A stretch of DNA of 34,937 nt. It comes from Candidatus Binatus sp. Its GTDB lineage: Bacteria > Desulfobacterota > Binatia > Binatales > Binataceae. A program made the position numbers and the translations under genes. This document shows positions 8,336 to 16,700 of this stretch, in pieces. The DNA is taken from assembly GCA_041487675.1 (NCBI GenBank), contig JBGPNU010000001.1, positions 1 through 34,937 on the forward strand, in the 5' to 3' direction. Numbering within the stretch: the stretch's first letter is position 1; each line of letters begins with the position of its first letter. The notes beneath the pieces were generated by a model. The model had not been told where the DNA came from and searched no databases. It saw only the letters and a program-made list of their open reading frames with translations.

Positions 8336-8577
8336 TCGCCATCGACCTCGAAACGAAAATCTTCGATCACGGGGTTGGCGAGCAGCGCCTCGCACATTTT
8401 TTTTGCTTCGTCACGCGCCTCCGACGGGGTCCGCGCCTCGACTTCGAGCAGGATATATTTGCCGACTTTGACGCCCGAGACATTTTTGAAGCCGAGACTA
8501 TGCAGCGAACTTTCGACCGCGCGGCCCTGTGGATCGAGAATTCCCTTGCGCGGCGTGACGAAGACTCTTACTTGCAA
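8332..8577 (-). CDS. purS: Phosphoribosylformylglycinamidine synthase subunit PurS
   Basis: 81 aa, V.V..K.G.LDPQG pattern, NP.IE motif near the C-terminus, position between purC and purQ. Confidence 0.88.
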   Translation of the reverse strand: MQVRVFVTPRKGILDPQGRAVESSLHSLGFKNVSGVKVGKYILLEVEARTPSEARDEAKKMCEALLANPVIEDFRFEVDGE

Positions 8578-8619
8578 CTCAAATCCTCGATTCGCTTTTC
8601 GTTCACGTGCGCGCCGACG

Positions 8620-9336
8620 TCAGCTCTCTACCCTGCGGAGCATCTCGTGATAGGCCTCCTCCACGCCGCCCAAATCGCGCCGGAACCGATCCTTGTCGAG
8701 TTTCTGCCGCGTCGCCTTGTCCCAGAAGCGGCAGGTGTCGGGGCAGATTTCGTCGCCGAGCAGGATTTCACCATGATGGCGCCCGAACTCGAGCTTGAAA
8801 TCGACCAGGATGACGCCGCGCTCGTCGAGGAATTTGGTCAATACTTCATCGACCTTGAGCGCATTAGCATCGATTTTTTTGAGTTCCTCCGCCGTCGCCC
8901 ATCCGAACGCAATCGCATGCTCGCCGAGAATCAGCGGATCGCCGAGCTGATCTGATTTGTAGTAGTACTCGACGATCGGATGCTTCAGCGGTTCGCCCTC
9001 TTCGCGTCCTAGCCGCTTCGCCATCGAGCCTGCAATGATATTCCTGACCACAGTTTCGACCGGGATGATGTCCAGGCGCTTGCACAGCATCTCGCGATCG
9101 TTCAGGCGGCGGACGAAATGCGTCTTCACGCCATGCTTCTCGAGCAGGATAAAGAACAACTCGGAGATCCGGTTGTTCATCACGCCCTTGTCCTCGATGG
9201 TGTCGCGTTTCTTGCCGTTGAACGCGGTCGCGTCGTCTTTGAAGTAGGCGATTACGAGGTCGGGGTCGGACGTGGAATAGAGCTTCTTCGCCTTGCCCTC
9301 GTAAAACATCTCGAGTTTCTGCGGAGTCGTTTCCAC
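8620..9336 (-). CDS. purC: Phosphoribosylaminoimidazole-succinocarboxamide (SAICAR) synthase
   Basis: 238 aa. [33 protein letters not shown] motifs. GTG start preceded by AAGGGAGAA. Confidence 0.92.
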   Translation of the reverse strand: METTPQKLEMFYEGKAKKLYSTSDPDLVIAYFKDDATAFNGKKRDTIEDKGVMNNRISELFFILLEKHGVKTHFVRRLNDREMLCKRLDIIPVETVVRNIIAGSMAKRLGREEGEPLKHPIVEYYYKSDQLGDPLILGEHAIAFGWATAEELKKIDANALKVDEVLTKFLDERGVILVDFKLEFGRHHGEILLGDEICPDTCRFWDKATRQKLDKDRFRRDLGGVEEAYHEMLRRVES

Positions 9337-9424
9337 GCTTCGTTCTCCCTTGGGCGCAGTGCGGACGATCTTAAGGTAATCATCTTACCGGTCGGTTGCC
9401 GCAGGACAACGAAGTCCCGCGCCG

Positions 9425-9433
9425 TTATCCACA
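9425..9433 (+). promoter_or_regulatory. Perfect DnaA-box consensus
   Basis: TTATCCACA in the purB-purC intergenic region. Confidence 0.4.
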
Positions 9434-9482
9434 AATCTTTTCCGATTATGCACATCGCGCGAATATCACGATAAGGTCACGA

Positions 9483-9491
9483 TGTGGATAG
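9483..9491 (-). promoter_or_regulatory. DnaA-box-like site (8 of 9), inverted relative to 9425-9433
   Basis: Plus strand TGTGGATAG, reverse complement CTATCCACA. Confidence 0.3.
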
Positions 9492-9497
9492 ATCTCC

Positions 9498-10913
9498 TCA
9501 ACTGCCCGATTTCGGAGCCGGCGGCGCGAAGCGCTCGACCAGTTTCGCGGCCAACCCGACATAGTTGCGCGGATTCAACTCGCGCAGCGCTTTTCGCGCG
9601 CCCTCGTCGAGCGGCAGCGACGCGATGAACTCTTCGATCACACGCCGATCGATTCGCCGCCCGCGGGTCAGTTCCTTGAGCGTCTCGTACGGCCGCGGCA
9701 TCCCATGCCGGCGCATGAGAGTCTGAATCGCTTCGGCGACGACTTCCCACGCCTGCTCGGCGTCGAGATCCTCCGCGATACGGGCCTCGTTGACTTCGAC
9801 TCGCGCGAGTCCGCGCTCGAGCGATTTTAGCGCGACCACCATGTGCCCGAACGCCGTTCCCATCGAACGAATCGCGGTGCTGTCGGTCAGATCGCGCTGC
9901 CATCGCGAGATCGGAAGCTTGTCAGCGAGATGTTGGAACAACGCGTTGGCAATTCCCAAATTGCCCTCGCAGTTTTCGAAATCGATCGGATTGACTTTAT
10001 GCGGCATCACCGACGAGCCGGTCTCGCCGGCCACGACTTGCTGAACGAAGTAGCCAATCGAGATGTAGCTCCACATGTCGCGGCAGAATCCGAGCAGGAT
10101 CGTGTCGATTCGCATCATGATCCCGAACAGCTCGGCGATGAAGTCGTGGCTCTCTATTTGGGTGGTCAGTGGATTCCAGGTCAGCCCGAGTCTCTGCACG
10201 AAATTTTGGGAGTGCGCGATCCAATCGACTTCGGGATGCGCGAAGTGATGTGCGTTGAAGTTGCCGACCGCGCCGTTGAGCTTGCCGAGAAATTCCTGGC
10301 GCTTAAGCTGCCCGAGCTGGCGCGTGAGCCGCATCGCGAAAATCGCCATCTCCTTGCCGACCGTCGTCGGCGAGGCTTCCTGGCCGTGCGTCCGCGCGAG
10401 CATCGGGAGCGACTTGTAGCGATACGCCAGCTTGATGATCGGCGCGATTGCCGCTTCGATCCGTGCAGTCAGATCGTTCGCGGCGAACTCCTGCAAGATC
10501 AGCGCGTAGGCAAGATTGTTGATGTCCTCCGAGGTACACGCGAAATGCACCATCTCGACCGGGAGCTTCGAATCGATTGCGGCGACTCGTTCTTTGACGA
10601 AGTACTCGACCGCCTTGACGTCGTGATTGGTGGTCGCTTCGAGTTCCTTGACGCGGCGCGCGTCGTCGAGCGCGAAGTCCTCGTAAACGGCGCGGAGCTT
10701 TTTCGCGTTCGTGGGTGCGATCGGCTTGAGTGCGACGATCGCGGGATCGGCGGCGAGTGAGAGATACCATTCGATCTCGACACGGACCCGGTAGCGAATC
10801 AGCGCCAGCTCGCTGAAGTAGGCTTCCAATGCCCGAGTGCGCGCGCGGTAGCGGCCGTCTATAGGCGTCACCGCGGTCAGAGCCGCGTCGGTATCGGTTT
10901 GTTTTTCTTTCAC
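9498..10913 (-). CDS. purB: Adenylosuccinate lyase
   Basis: 471 aa. TPIDGRY near N-terminus, fumarate-lyase signature region SSVMPHKVNP, full length. GTG start. Confidence 0.92.
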   Translation of the reverse strand: MKEKQTDTDAALTAVTPIDGRYRARTRALEAYFSELALIRYRVRVEIEWYLSLAADPAIVALKPIAPTNAKKLRAVYEDFALDDARRVKELEATTNHDVKAVEYFVKERVAAIDSKLPVEMVHFACTSEDINNLAYALILQEFAANDLTARIEAAIAPIIKLAYRYKSLPMLARTHGQEASPTTVGKEMAIFAMRLTRQLGQLKRQEFLGKLNGAVGNFNAHHFAHPEVDWIAHSQNFVQRLGLTWNPLTTQIESHDFIAELFGIMMRIDTILLGFCRDMWSYISIGYFVQQVVAGETGSSVMPHKVNPIDFENCEGNLGIANALFQHLADKLPISRWQRDLTDSTAIRSMGTAFGHMVVALKSLERGLARVEVNEARIAEDLDAEQAWEVVAEAIQTLMRRHGMPRPYETLKELTRGRRIDRRVIEEFIASLPLDEGARKALRELNPRNYVGLAAKLVERFAPPAPKSGS

Positions 10914-10931
10914 CGAAACTTGGGATTCACG

Positions 10932-10963
10932 TTTTTCACTTTTTCACTTTTTCACTTTTTCAC
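10932..10963 (-). repeat. Tandem 8-mer array, GTGAAAAA x4 (minus strand), in the purB 5' leader
   Basis: Four perfect contiguous TTTTTCAC units on the plus strand. Degenerate units continue at 10923-10930 and into the purB start (GTGAAAGAAAAA). Confidence 0.9.
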
Positions 10964-11042
10964 GCGCCCAATGCTGATACGAAAAATAGCGATATCAATA
11001 AATTACGTGGTCTCAGCCGCGCAATCGAGAGGGCGCGCGATA

Positions 11043-11486
11043 CTAGCGGCCGGTATGTCCGAAGCCGCCGGGTCCGCGCGAAGTGGGCGCGAGTTCATCG
11101 ACCTCGACAATCTCGGCGCGAACGACCGGCGCGATAACGAGCTGGGCGATCCGATCGCCGGGATTTATCAGGATCGACTGTTCGCCCAGGTTGATCAGCA
11201 ACACTTTTACTTCGCCGCGATAGTCGGCATCGATGGTTCCCGGCGAGTTTACCAGGGTGAGACCGTCCTTGATCGCGCGGCCGCTGCGCGGGCGCACCTG
11301 CCCCTCGTACCCAACCGGAATCTCGACCGCGATGCCGGTCGGGATTGCTCTCCGCTCGCGCGGCGCCATCTCGATTGGCGCGCCGACATCGGCCATCAGA
11401 TCGATTCCGGCCGCGTGCTCGCTCTGATAGGCGGGCATCGGGGTTGGACTTTTGCGCACTCGCGCGATTTTGAGAGTCGGTGGCAT
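11043..11486 (-). CDS. dut: dUTP diphosphatase
   Basis: 147 aa. AAGIDL, RSG motif region, GTIDADYRGE, and C-terminal RG.GGFGHTG. Confidence 0.92.
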   Translation of the reverse strand: MPPTLKIARVRKSPTPMPAYQSEHAAGIDLMADVGAPIEMAPRERRAIPTGIAVEIPVGYEGQVRPRSGRAIKDGLTLVNSPGTIDADYRGEVKVLLINLGEQSILINPGDRIAQLVIAPVVRAEIVEVDELAPTSRGPGGFGHTGR

Positions 11487-11560
11487 CGCTCCAATCTCGT
11501 AAGGCGAATCGGCCGCGTTGGCAAGCTCTCAACGGAACGGGCGGAGGGAAGATCTGCGGA

Positions 11561-12823
11561 TTATGCGAGCGGGGCGAAGACTTCGGCGCCGAGTTTGCGG
11601 CCCTTCAGATCGCCAAGCAGAACCATCGCGAGCTTTTCGGGCTTGAACCACGACGAAGCCAGCTCGACGACATTGTTGTTGGTGACCGCCTCGATCCCGT
11701 CCGACAATTCCTCGAGCGGAACGTCGCGGCGAAACGAGATCTCGTTGCGGGCGAGCCGATTCATGCGGCTGTCGGTCGATTCCATCCCGAGCAGCATGTT
11801 GCCCTGAAGCTGGCTCTTGGCGCGCGCAAGCTCGGTGGGCGCGAGGCCGTCGTGTTCGACTTTGCGGAGCTCTGCGACCGTCACTTCGAGCACTTCGTCC
11901 ACCCATTCGGGATTGGTTCCCGCGTACACGCCGAAGTAACCGGAATCGATGAACGACGAGATGAACGAGTAGATGCTGTAAACGCGGCCGCGCTTCTCGC
12001 GGACTTCCTGGAACAGCCGCGACGACATCCCGCCGCCGAGCGCGGTATTGAGCACGAAGCCGGCGTAGCGGAGCGGATGCACTGTGCTGATACCGGGGCC
12101 GCCGATGCAGATGTGCGCCTGCTCGAGTTTCTTCTCGCGATTCAGCACCAGCGGATGATTGACCGGCGGCGAGATTTTCTCCACTTTGCCGTTACCCGCA
12201 ATCACGCCGAACAACCCGGCGCATTTCGCGGTCAGACGCTCGTGCTCGACCTGGCCGGCGGCGGCGATAAAGACCCGGCTCGAGCGGTAGCGCGCAGCCA
12301 TGAACGAAGTCAGCAGATCGCGGTCGATCTTGTTGACCGTCTCGACCGAGCCGAAAATCGGCAACGCGAGCGGATGACCCTTCCAGAAGTTTTCGGTGAA
12401 CAGGTCGTGGATGAAATCGTCGGGGGTGTCCTCGGCCTGCGAGATTTCCTGCAAGACGACCTGGCGCTCGCGTTCGATTTCGGCGGGATCTAACACCGAC
12501 TCGAGAAAGATATCGGCGAGCACCTCGGTCGCCATCTCGAGGTCCTTGCCGAGCACCTTGGCGTAGTAGCAGGTGTACTCCTTGCCGGTGAACGCGTTGA
12601 GCACGCCGCCGACGCTGTCGAAAGCCTCGGCGATTTGCGCGGCGGTGCGCTTTTTGGTGCCCTTGAAGAGCAGATGCTCGATGAAGTGGGAGACCCCGTT
12701 CTCGGCGGGCGCCTCGTAGCGGGAGCCGTTCTCGACCCATATTCCGATCGACGAGGACACCACCTGCGGCATCGCCTCGGTCAGAATCCGCACGCCGTTT
12801 GCAAGGACGCTTTTTTGAATCAT
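11561..12823 (-). CDS. M16-family (pitrilysin/insulinase-like) zinc peptidase
   Basis: 420 aa. Inverted zinc motif HFIEH followed by LLFKGT; position immediately downstream of pnp, as in many bacteria. Confidence 0.88.
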   Translation of the reverse strand: MIQKSVLANGVRILTEAMPQVVSSSIGIWVENGSRYEAPAENGVSHFIEHLLFKGTKKRTAAQIAEAFDSVGGVLNAFTGKEYTCYYAKVLGKDLEMATEVLADIFLESVLDPAEIERERQVVLQEISQAEDTPDDFIHDLFTENFWKGHPLALPIFGSVETVNKIDRDLLTSFMAARYRSSRVFIAAAGQVEHERLTAKCAGLFGVIAGNGKVEKISPPVNHPLVLNREKKLEQAHICIGGPGISTVHPLRYAGFVLNTALGGGMSSRLFQEVREKRGRVYSIYSFISSFIDSGYFGVYAGTNPEWVDEVLEVTVAELRKVEHDGLAPTELARAKSQLQGNMLLGMESTDSRMNRLARNEISFRRDVPLEELSDGIEAVTNNNVVELASSWFKPEKLAMVLLGDLKGRKLGAEVFAPLA

Positions 12824-12830
12824 GCTTGCG

Positions 12831-14927
12831 CTAGTTGCCTTTGGGCCCCTGATCCTGCTTCGCCTCGCGAAGCGAGAGCCGGATTTTGCCGCTGCGATCG
12901 ACGTCGAGCACCTTCACGTCGATTTCGTCGCCCTCGTGCAGGACGTCCTCGACGCGCCGGATCCGCTCGGTCGAAATTTGCGAGATGTGGAGCAAGCCGT
13001 CGGTGCCGGGCATGATCTCGACGAAGGCGCCGAACTCGACGATTTTGCGGACCGTGCCGTGATAGATCTTGCCGATTTCCGGCTCCGCGGTGATCGCCTG
13101 GATCATATCGATCGCCTTTTGCATCGCGACCCCGTCGGCCGACGCGATCAACACGGTTCCGTCATCTTCGATATCAATCTTGCAGCCGGTCTGCTCGACC
13201 AGGCCGCGGATAACCTTGCCGCCCGGTCCGATCACTTCGCGGATCTTGTCGGGCTTGATATGCAGGGTGACGATTCGCGGCGCGTAGGACGAGACGTCTT
13301 TGCGCGGTGAAGCGAGCGCCTTTTCCATCACGCCGAGCACGAACAGCCGCGCGTCGCGGGCCTGATGCAGCGCCTGGCGCATGATGTCCTTGGAGACCCC
13401 GCCGGCCTTGTTGTCCATCTGGATCGCGGTCACGCCTTCCTTGGTGCCGGCCACTTTGAAGTCCATGTCGCCGAGATGATCCTCGTCGCCCAGGATGTCG
13501 GTGATGACGCGGACCTGGTCGCCTTCCTTGACCAGGCCCATCGCGATTCCCGCGACCGCGGCCTTAATAGGCACGCCGGCGTCCATCAGGGCGAGGCTGC
13601 CGCCGCAGACCGTGGCCATCGAGGAGCTGCCGTTGGACTCGAGCACTTCCGACACGACCCGAATCGTGTACGGGAAGTCGGCTTCATCCGGAAGGATCGG
13701 CGCGAGTGCGCGTTCGGCGAGCGCACCGTGGCCGATTTCGCGCCGAGACGGAGCGCGCAGAAATTTCACTTCGCCGGTTGAGAACGGGGGGAAGTTGTAA
13801 TGCAGCAGGAATTTTTTGAAACGCTCGCCGAGCAACGCGTCGATCTTCTGTTCGTCGGACGAGGTGCCGAGCGTGACGGTCGCGAGCGCCTGGGTCTCGC
13901 CGCGGGTGAAGACCGCGGAGCCATGGGTGCGCGGCAGCACCTGGACCTCGGCGCTGAGCTGGCGAATGTCGGTGGATTTGCGATCGTCGATTCGCTTGTC
14001 GTCGTCCAGAATCGACATTCGCACCCGCATCCGCACCAGGTAGTCGCACGCGTCCACGATTTCCGCAACGCGGTCGGGAAACTTCTCGCCAAGCTCGGCA
14101 ACGGCCTTGTCGCTGAGCGCGTAGAGTCCCGCCGCGCGCTCCTTTTTGCCCTTGATTGCGAGCGCCTTTTCCATACTTCCGCCGATATTTTTTTCCACCG
14201 CCGCAAGCAGCGCACTGTCGCGCTCCTTGGGCACGAATTCGCGCTTGGGCTTGCCCGCGCGCCGGCGCAACTCTTCCTGCATGGCGAAGATCGGGTGCAT
14301 CGCTTCATGCGCTGTGAAAAGTGCTTCGAGGATGGTCTCTTCATCGACGATATGCGCGCCGCCTTCGAGCATCATGATCGACTCGGGATTAGCCGCGACG
14401 ACCAGCGACACATCGCTACCTTCCAGATCGCCGTGGGTTGGATTGACGACGATTTTGCCGTCCACCCGCCCCATCCGGACGCTCGCGACCGGTCCTTTGT
14501 GGGGAATATCGGAAACTCCGAGCGCCGCCGACGCCGCTATCAGCGAGAGCATGTCGGGATCGTTGTCGCGATCGGCGGAGAGGACGGTCACGATGATTTG
14601 GGTTTCGCGATCGTAGCCCTTGGGAAACAGCGGGCGCATCGAGCGATCGATCAACCGCGAGGTCAGAATTTCCTTTTCGGAGGCGCGTCCCTCGCGCTTG
14701 AAAAAACCGCCGGGAATTTTGCCCGCGGCGAAAGTCTTTTCGACGTAGTCCACCGTGAGCGGCAGAAAGTCCATGTTGGGGCGAGCGTCGTACTGCGAGA
14801 CAGCGGTCGCAAGCACCACGGTATCGCCATAGGTGGCGAGCACCGCGCCATGCGCCTGCCGGGCGAGCCGGCCTGTTTCGAGCGAGAGTTTACGCCCGGC
14901 AAAATCAATTTCGAGTTTCTGATACAT
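12831..14927 (-). CDS. pnp: Polyribonucleotide nucleotidyltransferase (PNPase)
   Basis: Start placed at MYQKLEIDFAGRKLSLETG (ATG 14927), matching typical PNPase N-termini; the ORF-track start at 15032 is probably too long. Two RNase PH domains, KH (GPGGKVIRG) and S1 (G.V..I..FGAFVE) at the C-terminus. Confidence 0.93.
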   Translation of the reverse strand: MYQKLEIDFAGRKLSLETGRLARQAHGAVLATYGDTVVLATAVSQYDARPNMDFLPLTVDYVEKTFAAGKIPGGFFKREGRASEKEILTSRLIDRSMRPLFPKGYDRETQIIVTVLSADRDNDPDMLSLIAASAALGVSDIPHKGPVASVRMGRVDGKIVVNPTHGDLEGSDVSLVVAANPESIMMLEGGAHIVDEETILEALFTAHEAMHPIFAMQEELRRRAGKPKREFVPKERDSALLAAVEKNIGGSMEKALAIKGKKERAAGLYALSDKAVAELGEKFPDRVAEIVDACDYLVRMRVRMSILDDDKRIDDRKSTDIRQLSAEVQVLPRTHGSAVFTRGETQALATVTLGTSSDEQKIDALLGERFKKFLLHYNFPPFSTGEVKFLRAPSRREIGHGALAERALAPILPDEADFPYTIRVVSEVLESNGSSSMATVCGGSLALMDAGVPIKAAVAGIAMGLVKEGDQVRVITDILGDEDHLGDMDFKVAGTKEGVTAIQMDNKAGGVSKDIMRQALHQARDARLFVLGVMEKALASPRKDVSSYAPRIVTLHIKPDKIREVIGPGGKVIRGLVEQTGCKIDIEDDGTVLIASADGVAMQKAIDMIQAITAEPEIGKIYHGTVRKIVEFGAFVEIMPGTDGLLHISQISTERIRRVEDVLHEGDEIDVKVLDVDRSGKIRLSLREAKQDQGPKGN

Positions 14928-14996
14928 GCGATGATACCTGAGGGAGGACTGAGGCGGCGCGACGATTGCGGTTTTAAGTCCCGCGAGGCGCCGCAG

Positions 14997-15044
14997 GGGG
15001 CGCGCCTTTCTGCCGGCCGGGCGGCCGGCCAAGGCCCGCGCGCC
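14997..15044 (-). promoter_or_regulatory. Long interrupted GC stem-loop in the rpsO-pnp intergenic region (processing or attenuation candidate)
   Basis: Outer stem GGGCGCGC (14997-15004) pairs with GCGCGCCC (15037-15044). Inner stem GCCGGCC (15011-15017) pairs with GGCCGGC (15022-15028). No U-tract. Confidence 0.4.
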
Positions 15045-15078
15045 CGAATGTTGCGGGCGGCGCGGCAGATTGCACAGC

Positions 15079-15348
15079 CTATCTCCGGATACCCAGCTTT
15101 TCGATCAACCCTTTGTAGCGCGAGAAATCGCGCGAATGCAGGTAATCAAGCAGCCGACGACGCTTGCCGACCAGGCGCAACAGTCCACGGCGCGTATGAT
15201 GATCCTTCTTGTGCGCCGCGAGATGCTCGGTCAACTGGTCGATCCGGGCCGAGAGCAGCGCGACCTGGACCTCAGGCGAGCCGCTGTCATTGCTGGTTCG
15301 AGCGTTGGCTTGTATGACTTCCCGCTTACGGGTTGCTGGAAGAGGCAT
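15079..15348 (-). CDS. rpsO: 30S ribosomal protein S15
   Basis: 89 aa. [15 protein letters not shown]...HKKDHH.RRGL; position upstream of pnp. Confidence 0.95.
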   Translation of the reverse strand: MPLPATRKREVIQANARTSNDSGSPEVQVALLSARIDQLTEHLAAHKKDHHTRRGLLRLVGKRRRLLDYLHSRDFSRYKGLIEKLGIRR

Positions 15349-15441
15349 TCGGAGTTCTTACTTTCCCTTTTCCTTTATCTTTAGCCGCCCAAATTAACAG
15401 AGCCGGTCAGCGGAGTAAAGGTAGGGTTATTTCAGGGAAAA

Positions 15442-15545
15442 ACCAAAAAAGAAATGCGAAACCTCACGCAGGTGGAGTTTACCCTGAGCGAAGCCGAAGG
15501 GCGCTTCCCGTTGGTTAATCGCAAAACGCCGCGGACGACGCTTCG
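15442..15545 (-). repeat. R3 repeat copy (inverted orientation) with a 27-nt internal insertion
   Basis: Aligns to the reverse complement of 16571-16660: CAAAAAAGAAA..TGCGAAACCTCACGCAGGT[insert GGAGTTTACCCTGAGCGAAGCCGAAGG]GCGCTTCCCGTTGGTTAATCGCAAAACGCCGCGGACGACG. Confidence 0.8.
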
Positions 15546-15579
15546 ATCCGATATTCGGTGAAACCGGCGGAGTCGGGAA

Positions 15580-16488
15580 TCAGGTATGCGCGCCTTCCGG
15601 ATTGAAGATTCGCTCGATGATCGCCGTGACGCGCGAAGATGTCCGTGCGATCGCAATCAGCTCGCCTGCCGCGGAGACTACCTTGAACAGCCTGGTGCCC
15701 GGCGGCGCAATCGAATCGAGCGCTCGCGAATCGCCGTTGCGGAGCCGAGCCTCAACAACCGCATCGACGGTGAGCTCGGGTGTGTCCGGAAGCGCCGCGC
15801 GCAAACTGAGAATCCGAGGGATCGGCGCGCCGGAATCGAGCGCCGCGATGACGTCATCCAGGGTGGACGCGTCGGCTATTGAGAACGCGCCGTTGCGGGT
15901 GCGGCGGAGTTCCTCGAGATGCGCGACTGTGCCGAGCGCGACGCCGATATCCCGCGCGAGCGCCCGCGCGTACGTGCCGGGAGTGCATACCGCGACGAAT
16001 CGAATGGCGTCGGCACTCGTGGCATCGCGGGCGAGCTCGAGGCGCTTAATCTCGACGCGGCGGACAGTGGGAGGTTCGACGCTCTCGCCCCGGCGCGCGA
16101 GCCGATAAAGCGGAACGCCGGCGCGTTTGATCGCTGAGTACACTGGAGGAACCTGATCGATCACGCCGGTGAATCGCGCCACGACCTCTGCAATTTTTTC
16201 AGGCGATATGGCGGGCACCTCGGCGCTGCGAACGACGGCGCCATCGCGATCCAGGGTGTCAGTCTCGGTACCGAGCCGGATCAGGCCCGCATATGTTTTA
16301 TCGCCACCGCCGATAAATGGCGCGAGCTTGGTCGCCTCGCCGATCATGATCGGCAGCAATCCAGTCGCGAAGGGATCGAGCGTGCCGAGATGTCCGACCC
16401 GCGCCGGCTTGACCCGCGACTTGATGCGCCGGACCACGTCGGCCGATGAGATGCCGGCGGGTTTATCTACGAGCACAATTGCATTCAT
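15580..16488 (-). CDS. truB: tRNA pseudouridine(55) synthase
   Basis: Start placed at MNAIVLVDKPAGISS (ATG 16488); an upstream ATG at 16530 is possible. Catalytic motif GHLGTLDPFATG. Confidence 0.9.
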   Translation of the reverse strand: MNAIVLVDKPAGISSADVVRRIKSRVKPARVGHLGTLDPFATGLLPIMIGEATKLAPFIGGGDKTYAGLIRLGTETDTLDRDGAVVRSAEVPAISPEKIAEVVARFTGVIDQVPPVYSAIKRAGVPLYRLARRGESVEPPTVRRVEIKRLELARDATSADAIRFVAVCTPGTYARALARDIGVALGTVAHLEELRRTRNGAFSIADASTLDDVIAALDSGAPIPRILSLRAALPDTPELTVDAVVEARLRNGDSRALDSIAPPGTRLFKVVSAAGELIAIARTSSRVTAIIERIFNPEGAHT

Positions 16489-16570
16489 CGGGAGATCTTT
16501 GAGCCTATCCGCTCGGAGGGCATTGAACAAATCGCAGCCGCAGACTCAGCAGTTTTCCCCCCTATTCTCA

Positions 16571-16660
16571 GAGCGAAACGTCGTCCGCGACGTTTCGCGA
16601 TTAGCCAACGGGAAGCGCGAAACCTGCGTGAGGTTTCGCATCTCTTATTTCTTTTTTTGC
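16571..16660 (+). repeat. R3 repeat copy with two hairpins
   Basis: GCGAAACGTCG-TCCG-CGACGTTTCGC, then TTAGCCAACGGGAAGC, then GCGAAACC-TGCGTGA-GGTTTCGC, then a T-rich tail. Lies in the divergent truB/ndh intergenic region. Confidence 0.8.
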
Positions 16661-16700
16661 GCATTCGATCCGCGCGGACGGGACCGATACGATCGCAATC

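Noticed and set aside
9337-9497. Possible replication origin (DnaA boxes), or a ZTP or purine riboswitch ahead of purC
   Set aside because: There are only two boxes, no AT-rich unwinding element, no dnaA/dnaN context, and pur genes on both sides. I could not find the ZTP (GACUGGCG...CCGCCUGGGC) or purine-riboswitch core sequences on the transcribed strand.
15333-15518. Short ORFs sharing the peptide AKPHAG...LPVG (also at 16601-16822)
   Set aside because: The shared peptide is simply the translation of the R3 repeat in both copies and is not evidence of a gene.
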